Of a DNA stretch of 64,000 bases, positions 1 to 9,623 are shown one piece after another. The notes under the pieces are model-generated. The model saw only the letters and a list, made by a program, of their open reading frames with translations. It ran no database searches and had not been told where the DNA came from. The position numbers and the translations under genes are program-made. The DNA lies in the NCBI GenBank assembly GCA_937975705.1, contig CALJTX010000019.1:117748-181747 (forward strand), read 5' to 3'. The DNA comes from an uncultured Flavobacteriia bacterium (GTDB taxonomy: Bacteria; Bacteroidota; Bacteroidia; Flavobacteriales_D; Crocinitomicaceae). The first letter of the stretch is position 1. Every line of letters starts with the position of its first letter.

Positions 1-14
1 TCAGTTTTTCTAGC

Positions 15-683
15 ATGCTGACCGGTTTTAGGTTGTTGTTTACCTTTGAAGCGAAGTGGCTGCGTGCGGGATATTTTGGCCTTGGATTTGCCAGCATTTG
101 CGGACTCATCTTTTTGACTTACGTCGGGATCTCAACTGCGCAAGGGTTCACAATTGAAGGCGAACTCAGTAAAGAAATTGGCACCTATGCCGGCGACTCT
201 CTGCGCTTGGATATCCTTCCTGAGCTACATATCGAAGGCTACCGCACTCACCGCAATGCCACTTATAATTTTGGTTTTAGGTCGCAGCAGCAAAATGATC
301 ATGGCATCCTTATGGCCCAAGACGGACGTATTTTTATCAGCGGAATAGGGATCAATTACATCGCATCTACGGATAGTTTATACCATGTCAAAATATGGAA
401 GAAAGCACATGGCCGCTCTTTTTTCAAAGCAAATAGAAGGGCGTCACATATTGATTTTCCTTGCACGTTACAGCAAAATACCATCCAATTTGCTAGCGGA
501 TTTTCTTATCCTGCCAAAGACCGCATGCGCGATCAAGAAGTTGAATTACAAATTGCGGTCCCGAATGGTAAAAAAGTGATTTGGAATGGCAAAGTTGTAT
601 TCCCATTTGTTTTTGTTGAAACGCCTGAACGCATCAGTGACCGTGCTTATGTGAGCGGTGATGGCGCCTACTCAGCGTGGTAA
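15..683 (+). CDS. hypothetical membrane protein, possibly 5'-truncated by the window edge
   Basis: 222-aa ORF with a hydrophobic helix (AGYFGLGFASICGLIFLTYVGI) near the N-terminus. The frame stays open upstream of the ATG at 15 back to nt 3. No family motif recognised. Confidence 0.35.
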   Translation: MLTGFRLLFTFEAKWLRAGYFGLGFASICGLIFLTYVGISTAQGFTIEGELSKEIGTYAGDSLRLDILPELHIEGYRTHRNATYNFGFRSQQQNDHGILMAQDGRIFISGIGINYIASTDSLYHVKIWKKAHGRSFFKANRRASHIDFPCTLQQNTIQFASGFSYPAKDRMRDQEVELQIAVPNGKKVIWNGKVVFPFVFVETPERISDRAYVSGDGAYSAW

Positions 684-3128
684 TTGACTGCGGCTTTTTT
701 TGATTTGTTGGGCATCTAGCCAATAGATCAATTTCATTGAAAAGCTATTGAGTGCGCCAGTTTGTAGGGTATAGGAGAGATCTTGCCAGTAGGCGGCGCT
801 AATATGATCATTGCTGGCAAATACAGAATTTTTCCAGACAATATTGAGTTCGCTTCCGGGCAAGAAGACCCAACGGTAGACTAAATCTATGGTAAAAGCA
901 TTGTAGTTGATGTCGTAGGCAGATTTACCTTCTGAAGTGAGCCCATTAAAGCCTTCTAAAAGTTCGAGGCTGCCATCCTTTTGTAAAAGTGAAAAATGTT
1001 GGTAGGCTAGGGTAGAGCGGTAATGACGCAAGCGCATACTTAAAGACATGCGGTTGGTGAGAATGTAATCGAAAGATAAAGCCTGGACGGTAGTGTTGCG
1101 GTCGCGTTGACCAAAAAGAATACCTGTATAGCTTTGGGCAGGTGTTGCAAATGGAATGGCATAGCCAATACTATTGAATTGTAGTTCTTTTTCGAATGAA
1201 TATACCAAGAAAACAGCATCGGAAAGCCGCACTCTTGGGCTAAAGTTATAGGCATATTGCTTCCAAGGATGAGCAAGATATTGGGTGGAACTGCCACCTA
1301 AATCTATGGCAAACTTGCGTTGGTAATTAGAAGAATACCAGGTATTCAAAAAGACAAACTGCGGGCTTGTAAATACCTCGCCCCAAGTGCGTGCTTCAAA
1401 ATAGTCCTTGCTTTCCTGTAGGCTCCCTCCTGCATTGAAGCCACAGGCATTGAATTTTTTACTTACTGTAAAGAAATTTAAACTCGCCATATTGGAGGAG
1501 AAAGTATTTGGGGCATAGAGGTACGCTTGAGATACATTCGCATTGATACTCCATTTCATGAGTTTTTTCCATTTGGGTGTGAAATCACGGTAGGCGACGC
1601 TCGCTTCAAAAATTCTGCGGTTGTTGTTGTAATTGAAGCCGAGGTCATTGGGGTCATAGGTATCAGATTCTTCTAGATACCCAAGGCCAGCAATGAGTGA
1701 GCCGCGTTGTTTCTGAATATTTAAATTGAGGTTGTGCCCGTATGTGTTTTGTTTGTCAAGTTGGGCCGAAAGAATGCCCTTGCCGTTGATATTGTAGTTG
1801 TTGTCTTTGGTATTGAGGTTGAAATTAAACGCCGAAACATTGGCATCGTAGAAAGAACCTGCTCTCCAAACATTGGTATTGGTAAAGGTGACCGAAGAAT
1901 TGTTTTTGAGATTTTGATCAAAAACGAGCACGTTGTAGTTGGTGAGTGGTGAAATCAGGACCTCCCGACGGCTTTCGTCGAGGGTAGATACTGCCGTGGC
2001 CATTTGCTCCGCATTGACGGCATTGAAAACACCGATACCCAACCCTTTACTGTTTCGGCCCGATAATTTAGATGCGTTATAAAGCTGAGACGAACCCGGC
2101 ACGTTTTCTAAGTATTCGCCTTCTTTGAGCATGGTTTGTGTGACCTTGTAAGGCGCTTGGATGCCAATTCTGCGGCTATAAAAGATGCCCGCTTTATTGA
2201 AGAGCTCCATTCCTTCGGTAAAGAACTGTCTGTTCTCATTGAATTGAACCTCAAAAGGAGTAAGGTTGAGCACCTGTTGATCAAAAACAACTTGGCCAAA
2301 GTCGGGAACTAAAGTCAGGTCAAGGGTAAATGCCTCATTGATCCCGTATTTGATGTCCATACCGCCATTAAACGAGCGCAGCAGTCCTTTACTGCCGTCA
2401 TCATTGCGTACTTGGTCTGCATAGGCAGAAACATAAGGAATGAGCGCCAAACGCAAAGGCGGGCTGATGTTTTTGATATTGGTGATATCGCCACTTTCGA
2501 GCAACATATTCTCGAGATCTGGGTTGACTCTTACCCATGAAGATTCTTCCCTATTTCTAGCGAGTTGTCGGCCAAAATTAACGCCCCAATCTTGCACTTC
2601 TTTTTGGGGGAAGCGCAATGCTGAATAGGGAATGCGTATTTCGGCAATCCAGCCGTTTTCAACAATTTGAACGGCGCTGTGCCATACCAGATTGAGTTTG
2701 TCGTTGTAGTCCGTACCGACAATTTTAGCGTCGAGTTGTACACCACGGCTGGTGAGTCCAAAATAGAAGCCATTCTGGTTGTCGTTGTAGGTATCTAAAA
2801 ATACACCGACGATATCACAATTGGGGTTGTAGTCGTCGCGAAGCGAGAGCACTTTAGAAATGGAGTCGGGGTGGTCTTGGCAGAAAAAAGCGAAGTAAAT
2901 GGCATCTTGGTCATAGAGCATTTGGATGCGCGTCTTGCTCTTCGATGCTTGGCCAGGTTCTGGTTTAATTTGTATAAACGGATTCAGTTCAGCATCTGAA
3001 GACCAAGAAGTTTCTGAAAGTACGCCGTCAATAGAAATTTTTTCGGTGGTGAACTTAGCTTCAAGTTTTTTTTGGCTGAAACTGTGAATAGTTACAAAAG
3101 AAAAAAGAAAGAGCAACTCCCAACGCAT
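672..3128 (-). CDS. large exported protein with CBM9-like N-terminal domain and DUF5916-like beta-rich body
   Basis: The track start at 3134 is TTG. The ATG at 3128 gives signal peptide MRWELLFLFSFVTIHSFSQ. The N-terminal 'KISIDGVLSETSWS' region resembles carbohydrate-binding-family-9-type proteins common in Bacteroidota. Family recalled from memory, not searched. Confidence 0.5.
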   Translation of the reverse strand: MRWELLFLFSFVTIHSFSQKKLEAKFTTEKISIDGVLSETSWSSDAELNPFIQIKPEPGQASKSKTRIQMLYDQDAIYFAFFCQDHPDSISKVLSLRDDYNPNCDIVGVFLDTYNDNQNGFYFGLTSRGVQLDAKIVGTDYNDKLNLVWHSAVQIVENGWIAEIRIPYSALRFPQKEVQDWGVNFGRQLARNREESSWVRVNPDLENMLLESGDITNIKNISPPLRLALIPYVSAYADQVRNDDGSKGLLRSFNGGMDIKYGINEAFTLDLTLVPDFGQVVFDQQVLNLTPFEVQFNENRQFFTEGMELFNKAGIFYSRRIGIQAPYKVTQTMLKEGEYLENVPGSSQLYNASKLSGRNSKGLGIGVFNAVNAEQMATAVSTLDESRREVLISPLTNYNVLVFDQNLKNNSSVTFTNTNVWRAGSFYDANVSAFNFNLNTKDNNYNINGKGILSAQLDKQNTYGHNLNLNIQKQRGSLIAGLGYLEESDTYDPNDLGFNYNNNRRIFEASVAYRDFTPKWKKLMKWSINANVSQAYLYAPNTFSSNMASLNFFTVSKKFNACGFNAGGSLQESKDYFEARTWGEVFTSPQFVFLNTWYSSNYQRKFAIDLGGSSTQYLAHPWKQYAYNFSPRVRLSDAVFLVYSFEKELQFNSIGYAIPFATPAQSYTGILFGQRDRNTTVQALSFDYILTNRMSLSMRLRHYRSTLAYQHFSLLQKDGSLELLEGFNGLTSEGKSAYDINYNAFTIDLVYRWVFLPGSELNIVWKNSVFASNDHISAAYWQDLSYTLQTGALNSFSMKLIYWLDAQQIKKSRSQLPR

Positions 3129-3143
3129 GGGCAAATTTACAAC

Positions 3144-3833
3144 TTAAACTCCTTTTCTTGCAACAACATGTAGGCATTCTTCGTGTACTTCGAACGTTGC
3201 CCAAATTTTAATGTCTTTTTTAAAGCGCACTAATATTTGCGCAATGACGGTTTGTAAATATTGTTTTTCAACAGTGCTCAAGGATTTGCTTGCTTTGAAC
3301 CGAGAGAAGGAGATGTCAAAACTATTGCCGTTTAAATGCGGACTTCTTTTTACAGCAGTGCGATTTTTACGGACCAATTTAGCCACCGTGTGTTTGGTGC
3401 GGGTCATGGACGTGACGATCAGTTGGCAACCTTGGAGTGGACTCTGAGCTAAAGAATCTTGAAAAGCGGAGCCGATTTCTTCTAATATTTTTGCAGCATA
3501 CGGCGTTAGGAAGGCATATGAGTATTCAAAGGTATCCAACACAAAACCTTGTTTGGGTTCAATTAGCACGAGCTTCTTGGCGCGAAAAGCTTTGCGGAGG
3601 CCTTGCGTATTAGCTACTGGCTGTATGCCTTGCTTTACAGAACGGTCCATGTATTCTACCAAGCGGTTGTTCAATTTGGCCGTAAATAAGTAAGGGTCAG
3701 TTGGCGGAATAGGTAAAGCTGCGCTATCTTGTGTTTTTGCATGCACCAATAGATTTGTAGGTGCTGAGGGCCAATAGGCAAAAGCCAAAAGCACAAAACA
3801 GATACTGACAAGAAAGAGGTGATAAAGCCGCAT
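3144..3833 (-). CDS. LAS-superfamily (VanY/M15-like, DUF5715-like) putative cell-wall peptidase
   Basis: The ATG at 3833 (MRLYHLFLVSICFVLLAF anchor) avoids overlap with the divergent gene at 3891. The H-x6-D motif 'HLNGNSFD' and the later 'FEVHEECLH' fit the Zn-ligand pattern of VanY-type enzymes. Confidence 0.4.
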   Translation of the reverse strand: MRLYHLFLVSICFVLLAFAYWPSAPTNLLVHAKTQDSAALPIPPTDPYLFTAKLNNRLVEYMDRSVKQGIQPVANTQGLRKAFRAKKLVLIEPKQGFVLDTFEYSYAFLTPYAAKILEEIGSAFQDSLAQSPLQGCQLIVTSMTRTKHTVAKLVRKNRTAVKRSPHLNGNSFDISFSRFKASKSLSTVEKQYLQTVIAQILVRFKKDIKIWATFEVHEECLHVVARKGV

Positions 3834-3890
3834 TGAAACAAATATAAAAATTGATTGCTTTGGTCTAACGCAAGTTCGTAATTTTGTGTC

Positions 3891-4154
3891 ATGGGAACAT
3901 TTGACTCGCTTAAAGCGCAACTCGAAGAACAAGAATGGCCAAATGTCTATTTATTCAAGTTTATCGTCCCCAACGACAACCACCATTTGGCACAAGTAAC
4001 CGCGTTATTCGACGCCAATAGTGAAATCAGTTATCATCATTCCGGAACAGGTAAATACGTGAGTCTGAGTGCAAAAGAAGTCATGCTTTCGGCAGCGGAC
4101 ATCATTGCTGTTTACGAACGTGCCGCGCTCATTCCGGGCATAATCTCTCTATAA
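3891..4154 (+). CDS. DUF493 / YbeD-like small protein
   Basis: 87 aa. 'WPNVYLFKFIVPND' and overall size fit the UPF0250/YbeD family. Confidence 0.5.
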   Translation: MGTFDSLKAQLEEQEWPNVYLFKFIVPNDNHHLAQVTALFDANSEISYHHSGTGKYVSLSAKEVMLSAADIIAVYERAALIPGIISL

Positions 4155-4155
4155 A

Positions 4156-4524
4156 ATGGAAGCAGTTATTCAATTTTTATTCGTCACACTTCTCATCTTA
4201 TTAGCCTTTATCGGCTACCGCGCCTTGCTGAGAAAATTTCAGCGCGGTCAAGTAGTACACAAAGCATATTGTGAATTGTATACGCTAGACCAAGAACCTG
4301 CCCAAGGAGAATTGGCTTTTTACTTTGTTTGTCCGCAGGAATGCGAGGTAAAGTTTGCTATCTGGCAATTCAATCAAATTGTTTGTGAAGTAGCGCAGGC
4401 TAACTTTGAAAAAGGAGGCCATATTTTGCGCTTTGATAGCACGAAGCTTGCCAATGGCGTGTATTATTACGGAATTGTAACTGCCGATCAGGAGACCAAA
4501 AAACGCATGACTATTGCCAACTAA
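4156..4524 (+). CDS. hypothetical single-pass membrane protein with small beta-sandwich-like C-terminus
   Basis: 122 aa with N-terminal TM helix FLFVTLLILLAFIGY. C-terminal 'KLANGVYYYGIV' resembles FlgD-Ig/T9SS-CTD-like folds. 1-nt gap after the previous gene. Confidence 0.35.
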   Translation: MEAVIQFLFVTLLILLAFIGYRALLRKFQRGQVVHKAYCELYTLDQEPAQGELAFYFVCPQECEVKFAIWQFNQIVCEVAQANFEKGGHILRFDSTKLANGVYYYGIVTADQETKKRMTIAN

Positions 4525-5222
4525 GATTCGTCGGTAGACTTCTCGATTTTGATGCGAGAAGGTTTTCTTGGCAATTTGTATTTAGGCTTGTGAAAGTCGC
4601 TTTTGTATCCGTCGGTCTTTTCGATGCGATACACCAAACCTAAGCTGTATTGGGTGTAAGACGAACTGCCTAAAATATCTACCAAACCAAATTTATAGAC
4701 ACCTTGCGCCTGAAGGCCAATTTGTTTGCTGAGCCAAAAGGTACAGCCTGCCGATAAATTAAGGGTTGGGCTGAGCAGTGGCGCACTTTGTTTGGGGTCA
4801 GCTGAACGCAGGCTAAATCCAAGACCAGCGCCCAAGTAGGGGTCAATTGCACCACGCCCAAGTTGCTTGTAAAATGAATATTTTAGTGCGGCATCAAAAT
4901 AACCAATAAAGCCATTGACACCGATAGAGTCATTGACTTTTCTTTCGGGTTTGTAGGTTTGTGCACCAAGTACAGCTTCGGCGCTCCAACCATTGTAAAT
5001 GTAACGGTCGATGTATAACCTTGAAGGGAAAGGCAAACCATGCAGTTGGTCAAAAGGCATTGGGTTGAGCTCTTGACCGTCGTCGTCGGTGGTGGTCCAG
5101 GCGAGGCCGAATTGCCAAAAGTAGTTGTCTCGGTTGGTAATCATTTTGTCTGGTTGTGCTAGCGCTGTTGCTTGAATCAAGACAAAAATGAGGCTGAAAA
5201 ATATGGAGAGTTGTTGACGCAT
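4521..5222 (-). CDS. outer-membrane beta-barrel protein (porin-family-like)
   Basis: The ATG at 5222 gives signal peptide MRQQLSIFFSLIFVLIQATALAQ (track start 5252 is TTG). Gly/aromatic-rich alternating beta-strand pattern. Confidence 0.45.
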   Translation of the reverse strand: MRQQLSIFFSLIFVLIQATALAQPDKMITNRDNYFWQFGLAWTTTDDDGQELNPMPFDQLHGLPFPSRLYIDRYIYNGWSAEAVLGAQTYKPERKVNDSIGVNGFIGYFDAALKYSFYKQLGRGAIDPYLGAGLGFSLRSADPKQSAPLLSPTLNLSAGCTFWLSKQIGLQAQGVYKFGLVDILGSSSYTQYSLGLVYRIEKTDGYKSDFHKPKYKLPRKPSRIKIEKSTDES

Positions 5223-5343
5223 GCGATTGTTTCTATGTACAAATTTAATCAATATCGCTACGGTAGAACTTTAAACAGAATAAATGAATTGACAATCAAT
5301 TGTTGATGTGCAGTTTGCCATTAAATGAGTAAATTTGAAACGC

Positions 5344-5772
5344 ATGGGAAAAGTCAAAAAATACGAACTCACCCTCGACGACGAACAACCCTTCGAAGTT
5401 TACGGAATATCTACTGCATTTGCCGATTACCGACTCACCTGGGAACTCAATCAAATGCTTGGAATCCGTCTAGAAAAAGAACAACAGCGCTTTGAGCTCT
5501 ACATGCCAAAGCTCAAGACACAACAAGCGTTTAGTTATTTTTCTTACGAAGATCAAGAGCTCCTGACGCGTTTTTATTTGATTAAAAACAAACAAGATCA
5601 GCAACTCTTGCAAGCAGACCGCCCCATGATCGATTATTTTTTGGTGCTCAAAGATAATTTTTCACACGAGGCAACGGCCTTACTAGAACAACTCAGAAAA
5701 ATAAACGGCGTTGTGGCTGTGTTTAATTTCAATTACGAAGAATTTGACATTTTAGATTACCTTACTAGTTAA
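5344..5772 (+). CDS. IPExxxVDY-family-like protein
   Basis: ATG at 5344 (track start 5335 is TTG). About 140 aa, lies immediately upstream of pyk as in many Bacteroidota. 'DRPMIDYFLV' fits the family-name motif loosely. Confidence 0.4.
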   Translation: MGKVKKYELTLDDEQPFEVYGISTAFADYRLTWELNQMLGIRLEKEQQRFELYMPKLKTQQAFSYFSYEDQELLTRFYLIKNKQDQQLLQADRPMIDYFLVLKDNFSHEATALLEQLRKINGVVAVFNFNYEEFDILDYLTS

Positions 5773-5773
5773 C

Positions 5774-7192
5774 ATGAAAAGAACCAAAATAGTGGCCACA
5801 ATGGGCCCCGCCTCCCTCAAAAAAGAAATCCTTGCCGACATGATGCGCGCAGGCCTCAATGTTTGCCGCCTCAACTTTTCACACGGCAGCCACCAAGATC
5901 ACGCGGGGGCGGTTACGCTTATCCGTGAGCTCAACGATGAATTGGGTTTAAATGTGGCCATACTTGCCGACCTCCAAGGCCCAAAAATTCGTACCCACGA
6001 AATGGAAAATAATGGCGTTTTAATCGAGGTAGGTCAGCAAATTGATATCGTAGTTGAAAAGGTATTGGGCAATAACCAACGTTTTTCTATCAATTACAAC
6101 TTGTTACCTCGCGATGTCAAACCCGGAGAAAAAATTCTTCTAGACGATGGCAAGTTAGTATTAGCTGTTATTGAGACTGACGGAAAAGAAAAAATCCGCT
6201 GTGAAGTCATCCAAGGAGGGTTGTTGTGTTCCAAAAAAGGCGTCAACTTTCCCAACACCAAAATTTCAATGCCTTCGCTCACTGAGAAAGACATCGAAGA
6301 CCTCAACTATGCGCTGAAGTTAGGCGTAGACTGGATTGGCCTCTCTTTTGTGCGCACGGCCAACTGCATCATCGATCTCAAAGCAAGAATTGCCAAAAAA
6401 CGCAGTATCGCTAAGGTAGTCGCTAAAATAGAAAAACCTGAAGCTTTAGAAAACATAGATGCCATCATCGAAGAAAGCGATGCACTTATGGTAGCACGTG
6501 GAGACCTCGGCGTCGAGATCCCCTACCAAAATGTTCCTTTAATTCAAAAAATGATCATCAGCAAATCCATCTCGAAGGCCAAGCCCGTTATCGTGGCTAC
6601 TCAAATGATGGAATCCATGCTCAATAGCCTGACGCCAAGTAGAGCCGAAGTAAATGACGTCGCAAATGCGGTGCTAGACGGCGCTGATGCGGTCATGCTT
6701 TCTGGCGAAACATCCGTTGGTCAGTACCCAGTTCAGGTAGTGCAAACCATGGCCAATATCATCAAAGAAATGGAACAGCACCCGAGCATGTATCACAAAG
6801 AAGAATTGCCTCCAAAAGGCAATCCACGCTTTATCTCTGACTCCATTTGTTTCAATGCTTGCCGTTTGGCACAACGCGTAGAAGCCAATGCGATCATCAC
6901 CATGACCTTCTCTGGCTACACCGCTTACAAAATTGCATCCCAACGGCCGGCCTCTGAGATTTTCGTTTTCACAAGCAACCGCAAAATTCTTACCCAGCTT
7001 AATTTAGTTTGGGGTGTGCGTGCATTTTACTACAACAAACGCATTTCTACTGACCATACCATTGCCGACATCAAGTACATCATGAAAGAGGGCGGACATC
7101 TTCAAACCGGCGATGTCGTGATCAACGTTGCTTCTATTCCATTAGAAGATCTTGGCGGCTCCAACATGTTGAAGCTCTCTTACGTAGATTAA
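5774..7192 (+). CDS. pyk: pyruvate kinase
   Basis: 472 aa with canonical motifs 'KIVATMGPAS', 'RLNFSHG', 'MVARGDLGVEIP', 'ATQMMESM'. Confidence 0.95.
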   Translation: MKRTKIVATMGPASLKKEILADMMRAGLNVCRLNFSHGSHQDHAGAVTLIRELNDELGLNVAILADLQGPKIRTHEMENNGVLIEVGQQIDIVVEKVLGNNQRFSINYNLLPRDVKPGEKILLDDGKLVLAVIETDGKEKIRCEVIQGGLLCSKKGVNFPNTKISMPSLTEKDIEDLNYALKLGVDWIGLSFVRTANCIIDLKARIAKKRSIAKVVAKIEKPEALENIDAIIEESDALMVARGDLGVEIPYQNVPLIQKMIISKSISKAKPVIVATQMMESMLNSLTPSRAEVNDVANAVLDGADAVMLSGETSVGQYPVQVVQTMANIIKEMEQHPSMYHKEELPPKGNPRFISDSICFNACRLAQRVEANAIITMTFSGYTAYKIASQRPASEIFVFTSNRKILTQLNLVWGVRAFYYNKRISTDHTIADIKYIMKEGGHLQTGDVVINVASIPLEDLGGSNMLKLSYVD

Positions 7193-7230
7193 CGGAAGGC
7201 TCGCTTGCCGATACGGCGTACTTTTATCAA

Positions 7231-8952
7231 ATGAACGAATCTTGGAAACTCCGGGCTCAAGAGCCCCTAGCTGCTGTTGTAGAACTCGCTGAGGTGCTCA
7301 AAATCCCGCATTTTGCAGCACAGTTATTGTTGCAAAGAGGTGTGGATACCCGAGAAAGTGCGGTAGCCTTTTTCAAGCCTCAGCAAAACGGTTTGCACAA
7401 CCCCTTTCTGCTGCAAAATATGCAGGCTGCCGTGAACAGATTGCAGCGCGCAATCGCCAAGCAAGAAAAGGTTCTGTTGTACGGCGATTACGACGTAGAT
7501 GGCACTACTGCAGTTGCCCTGATGGCCGAGCAGCTTGCTTTATTGGGTTTGCAGTGTGCGTACTATATCCCCGACCGCTATAAAGAAGGTTACGGCGTAA
7601 GTGCTGCGGGCATCGATTACGCCATCTCAGCGCAATTTGACGTACTCATCACCCTCGACTGCGGGATCAAAGCGCAAGTCGAACTCGCCAGAGCAAAAGC
7701 AGCTCATATCGATGTCATTGTTTGCGATCACCACCAACCCGACCTTACTCTTCCTGACGCACTCATTCTCAATCCAAAGCAAAACGGCTGCGCATATCCT
7801 TTCAAGGAGTTATCTGGCTGTGGGGTGGCCTTTAAGCTATTACAGGGGCTCTATCAACAACTGAACTTAGATGAACAACAGCTTTTACAGAGTTTAGATT
7901 TAGTGGCGCTTTCTATTGGCGCAGATATTGTGGAAATGCGCGACGAAAACAGAACACTTTGTGCCAAAGGCTTGGCGCAGCTCAACGCTGCGCCAAGACC
8001 CGCATTTTTAGCCATTCTAGACCTTGCCGCCAAGACCTTGCCTTTGTCGCTGCGCGACCTCGTATTTATTTTGGCACCGCGCATCAACGCGGCTGGCCGT
8101 ATTGCATCAGGTAAGCGCGCTGTAGACTGGATGCTCAGCACGGTACAAGAAGATATCACAGCGCTCGCGCTCGACATCAATACCGACAATACCACCCGCC
8201 GCGCCTTAGATCAAGACATGACTACACAAGCTTTGGCGCAAATAGCAGCTGATCCTAATTTTCATGAACAATTTGCCACGGTAGTTTATGACTCCACCTG
8301 GCACAAAGGCGTGGTAGGCATTGTCGCATCTAGGCTGATAGAAACACATTACAGACCAACCATTGTACTTACGGAGTCTAATGGCGTGCTAACAGGCTCT
8401 GCTCGCTGTATGCAGCCCCTGAATTTATACGCACTCCTCGAGCAGTGCCAAAGTCATCTCATTCAATTTGGAGGGCATCAATTTGCGGCTGGTTTAACGC
8501 TTTTACCTGAAAAATTGGACCATTTCAAAAGTGCATTCGAAAGCGCGGTCGCCACTGCACTTGAGCAACAACAATTGCGAAGGCAGATCGATATCGATAC
8601 CGAATTAGCATTCAAGGAGTTGGGCTCAAATCCACAGCTGCACTTTGCACGCATACTTCAGATTTTGGCGGCATTTGAGCCGTGTGGCCCAGGCAATATG
8701 CACCCTGTTTTTGTGGCTAAAAACTGTATGGTGTTAGAATATAAAGTACTCAAGGGTGCACACCTCAAACTCAAATTGATACAAGAAGGTGCGCAGGTTG
8801 GTATAGATGCCATTGGATTTCAGATGGCCTCATTCGAGAAAGAATTGGCTGTTGGCGTTTTTATAGATATCGTTTTTCAAATTACTGCCAATACTTATAT
8901 GAACCGCACCACACTGCAACTCGTACTCCAAGATATGTGCATGAGCGCCTAA
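7231..8952 (+). CDS. recJ: single-stranded-DNA-specific exonuclease RecJ
   Basis: DHH-family motifs 'LLYGDYDVDGTT', 'ITLDCG', 'VCDHHQP' and DHHA1 'FGGHQFAAG'. 573 aa. Confidence 0.9.
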   Translation: MNESWKLRAQEPLAAVVELAEVLKIPHFAAQLLLQRGVDTRESAVAFFKPQQNGLHNPFLLQNMQAAVNRLQRAIAKQEKVLLYGDYDVDGTTAVALMAEQLALLGLQCAYYIPDRYKEGYGVSAAGIDYAISAQFDVLITLDCGIKAQVELARAKAAHIDVIVCDHHQPDLTLPDALILNPKQNGCAYPFKELSGCGVAFKLLQGLYQQLNLDEQQLLQSLDLVALSIGADIVEMRDENRTLCAKGLAQLNAAPRPAFLAILDLAAKTLPLSLRDLVFILAPRINAAGRIASGKRAVDWMLSTVQEDITALALDINTDNTTRRALDQDMTTQALAQIAADPNFHEQFATVVYDSTWHKGVVGIVASRLIETHYRPTIVLTESNGVLTGSARCMQPLNLYALLEQCQSHLIQFGGHQFAAGLTLLPEKLDHFKSAFESAVATALEQQQLRRQIDIDTELAFKELGSNPQLHFARILQILAAFEPCGPGNMHPVFVAKNCMVLEYKVLKGAHLKLKLIQEGAQVGIDAIGFQMASFEKELAVGVFIDIVFQITANTYMNRTTLQLVLQDMCMSA

Positions 8953-8971
8953 CTTTGCGTAAGTTTGCAAC

Positions 8972-9559
8972 ATGTTTACAGGAATCATTGAAGAAGTTGG
9001 CCAAGTAGTGGCCATCGAAAAAGAAGCGGGTAATATCCACTTTACCATTGCGTCTGCATTATCGGCAGGGTTTAAAATTGACCAAAGCGTGGCGCACAAC
9101 GGATGTTGTTTGACAGTTGTGGCGCAAAACGCACAACAGCATGTGGTCACTGCTATTCACGAAACCCTCAACAAGACGAATTTAGGAACCTGGCAACTCG
9201 GCACAAAAGTAAATATTGAACGCTGCATGCAATTGGGCGGAAGGCTCGACGGTCACATGGTGCAGGGCCATGTAGATTGCGTAGGTACGTGCACTGAAGT
9301 CATAGACGAAAACGGTTCTTGGCGCTTTACCTTTGAACATCCCGACGCTTTTGTAACGGTAGAAAAAGGATCTATAACGGTAAATGGCACCAGTCTTACG
9401 GTTGTGGATGCGCAAAAAGGGCAATTCTCTGTATGTATTATTCCATATACTTACGAGCACACGAATTTCAATGAAATCCAAGTTGGAACAAGAGTAAATC
9501 TCGAGTTTGATATCATCGGCAAATATGTTGCCCGCTACTTAGGTATGCAGCAAGCATAA
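8972..9559 (+). CDS. ribE: riboflavin synthase
   Basis: 'MFTGIIEEVG' N-terminus and duplicated lumazine-binding repeats ('GCCLTVV', 'GSITVNGTSLTVV'). 195 aa. Confidence 0.9.
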   Translation: MFTGIIEEVGQVVAIEKEAGNIHFTIASALSAGFKIDQSVAHNGCCLTVVAQNAQQHVVTAIHETLNKTNLGTWQLGTKVNIERCMQLGGRLDGHMVQGHVDCVGTCTEVIDENGSWRFTFEHPDAFVTVEKGSITVNGTSLTVVDAQKGQFSVCIIPYTYEHTNFNEIQVGTRVNLEFDIIGKYVARYLGMQQA

Positions 9560-9573
9560 TGAAACAACAATAC

Positions 9574-9606
9574 AAAAAAAGGGCGGCCCGCAGGGCCGCC
9601 CTTTTT
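9574..9606. terminator. bidirectional rho-independent terminator between convergent ribE and the TPR gene
   Basis: A7 run, then 9-bp GC stem GGGCGGCCC / GGGCCGCCC (9581-9589 / 9593-9601) with a 3-nt loop, then T5 run. Confidence 0.75.
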
Positions 9607-9623
9607 GTTGAGCATATGTTTTA

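Noticed and set aside
3834-3932. Longer 262-aa version of the VanY-like ORF
   Set aside because: The extension overlaps the divergent DUF493 gene start at 3891. It precedes a good signal-anchor sequence that begins at the ATG at 3833.
8953-8971. FMN riboswitch upstream of ribE
   Set aside because: Only 19 nt separate recJ and ribE, which is far too short for an FMN element. ribE is evidently co-transcribed with recJ.
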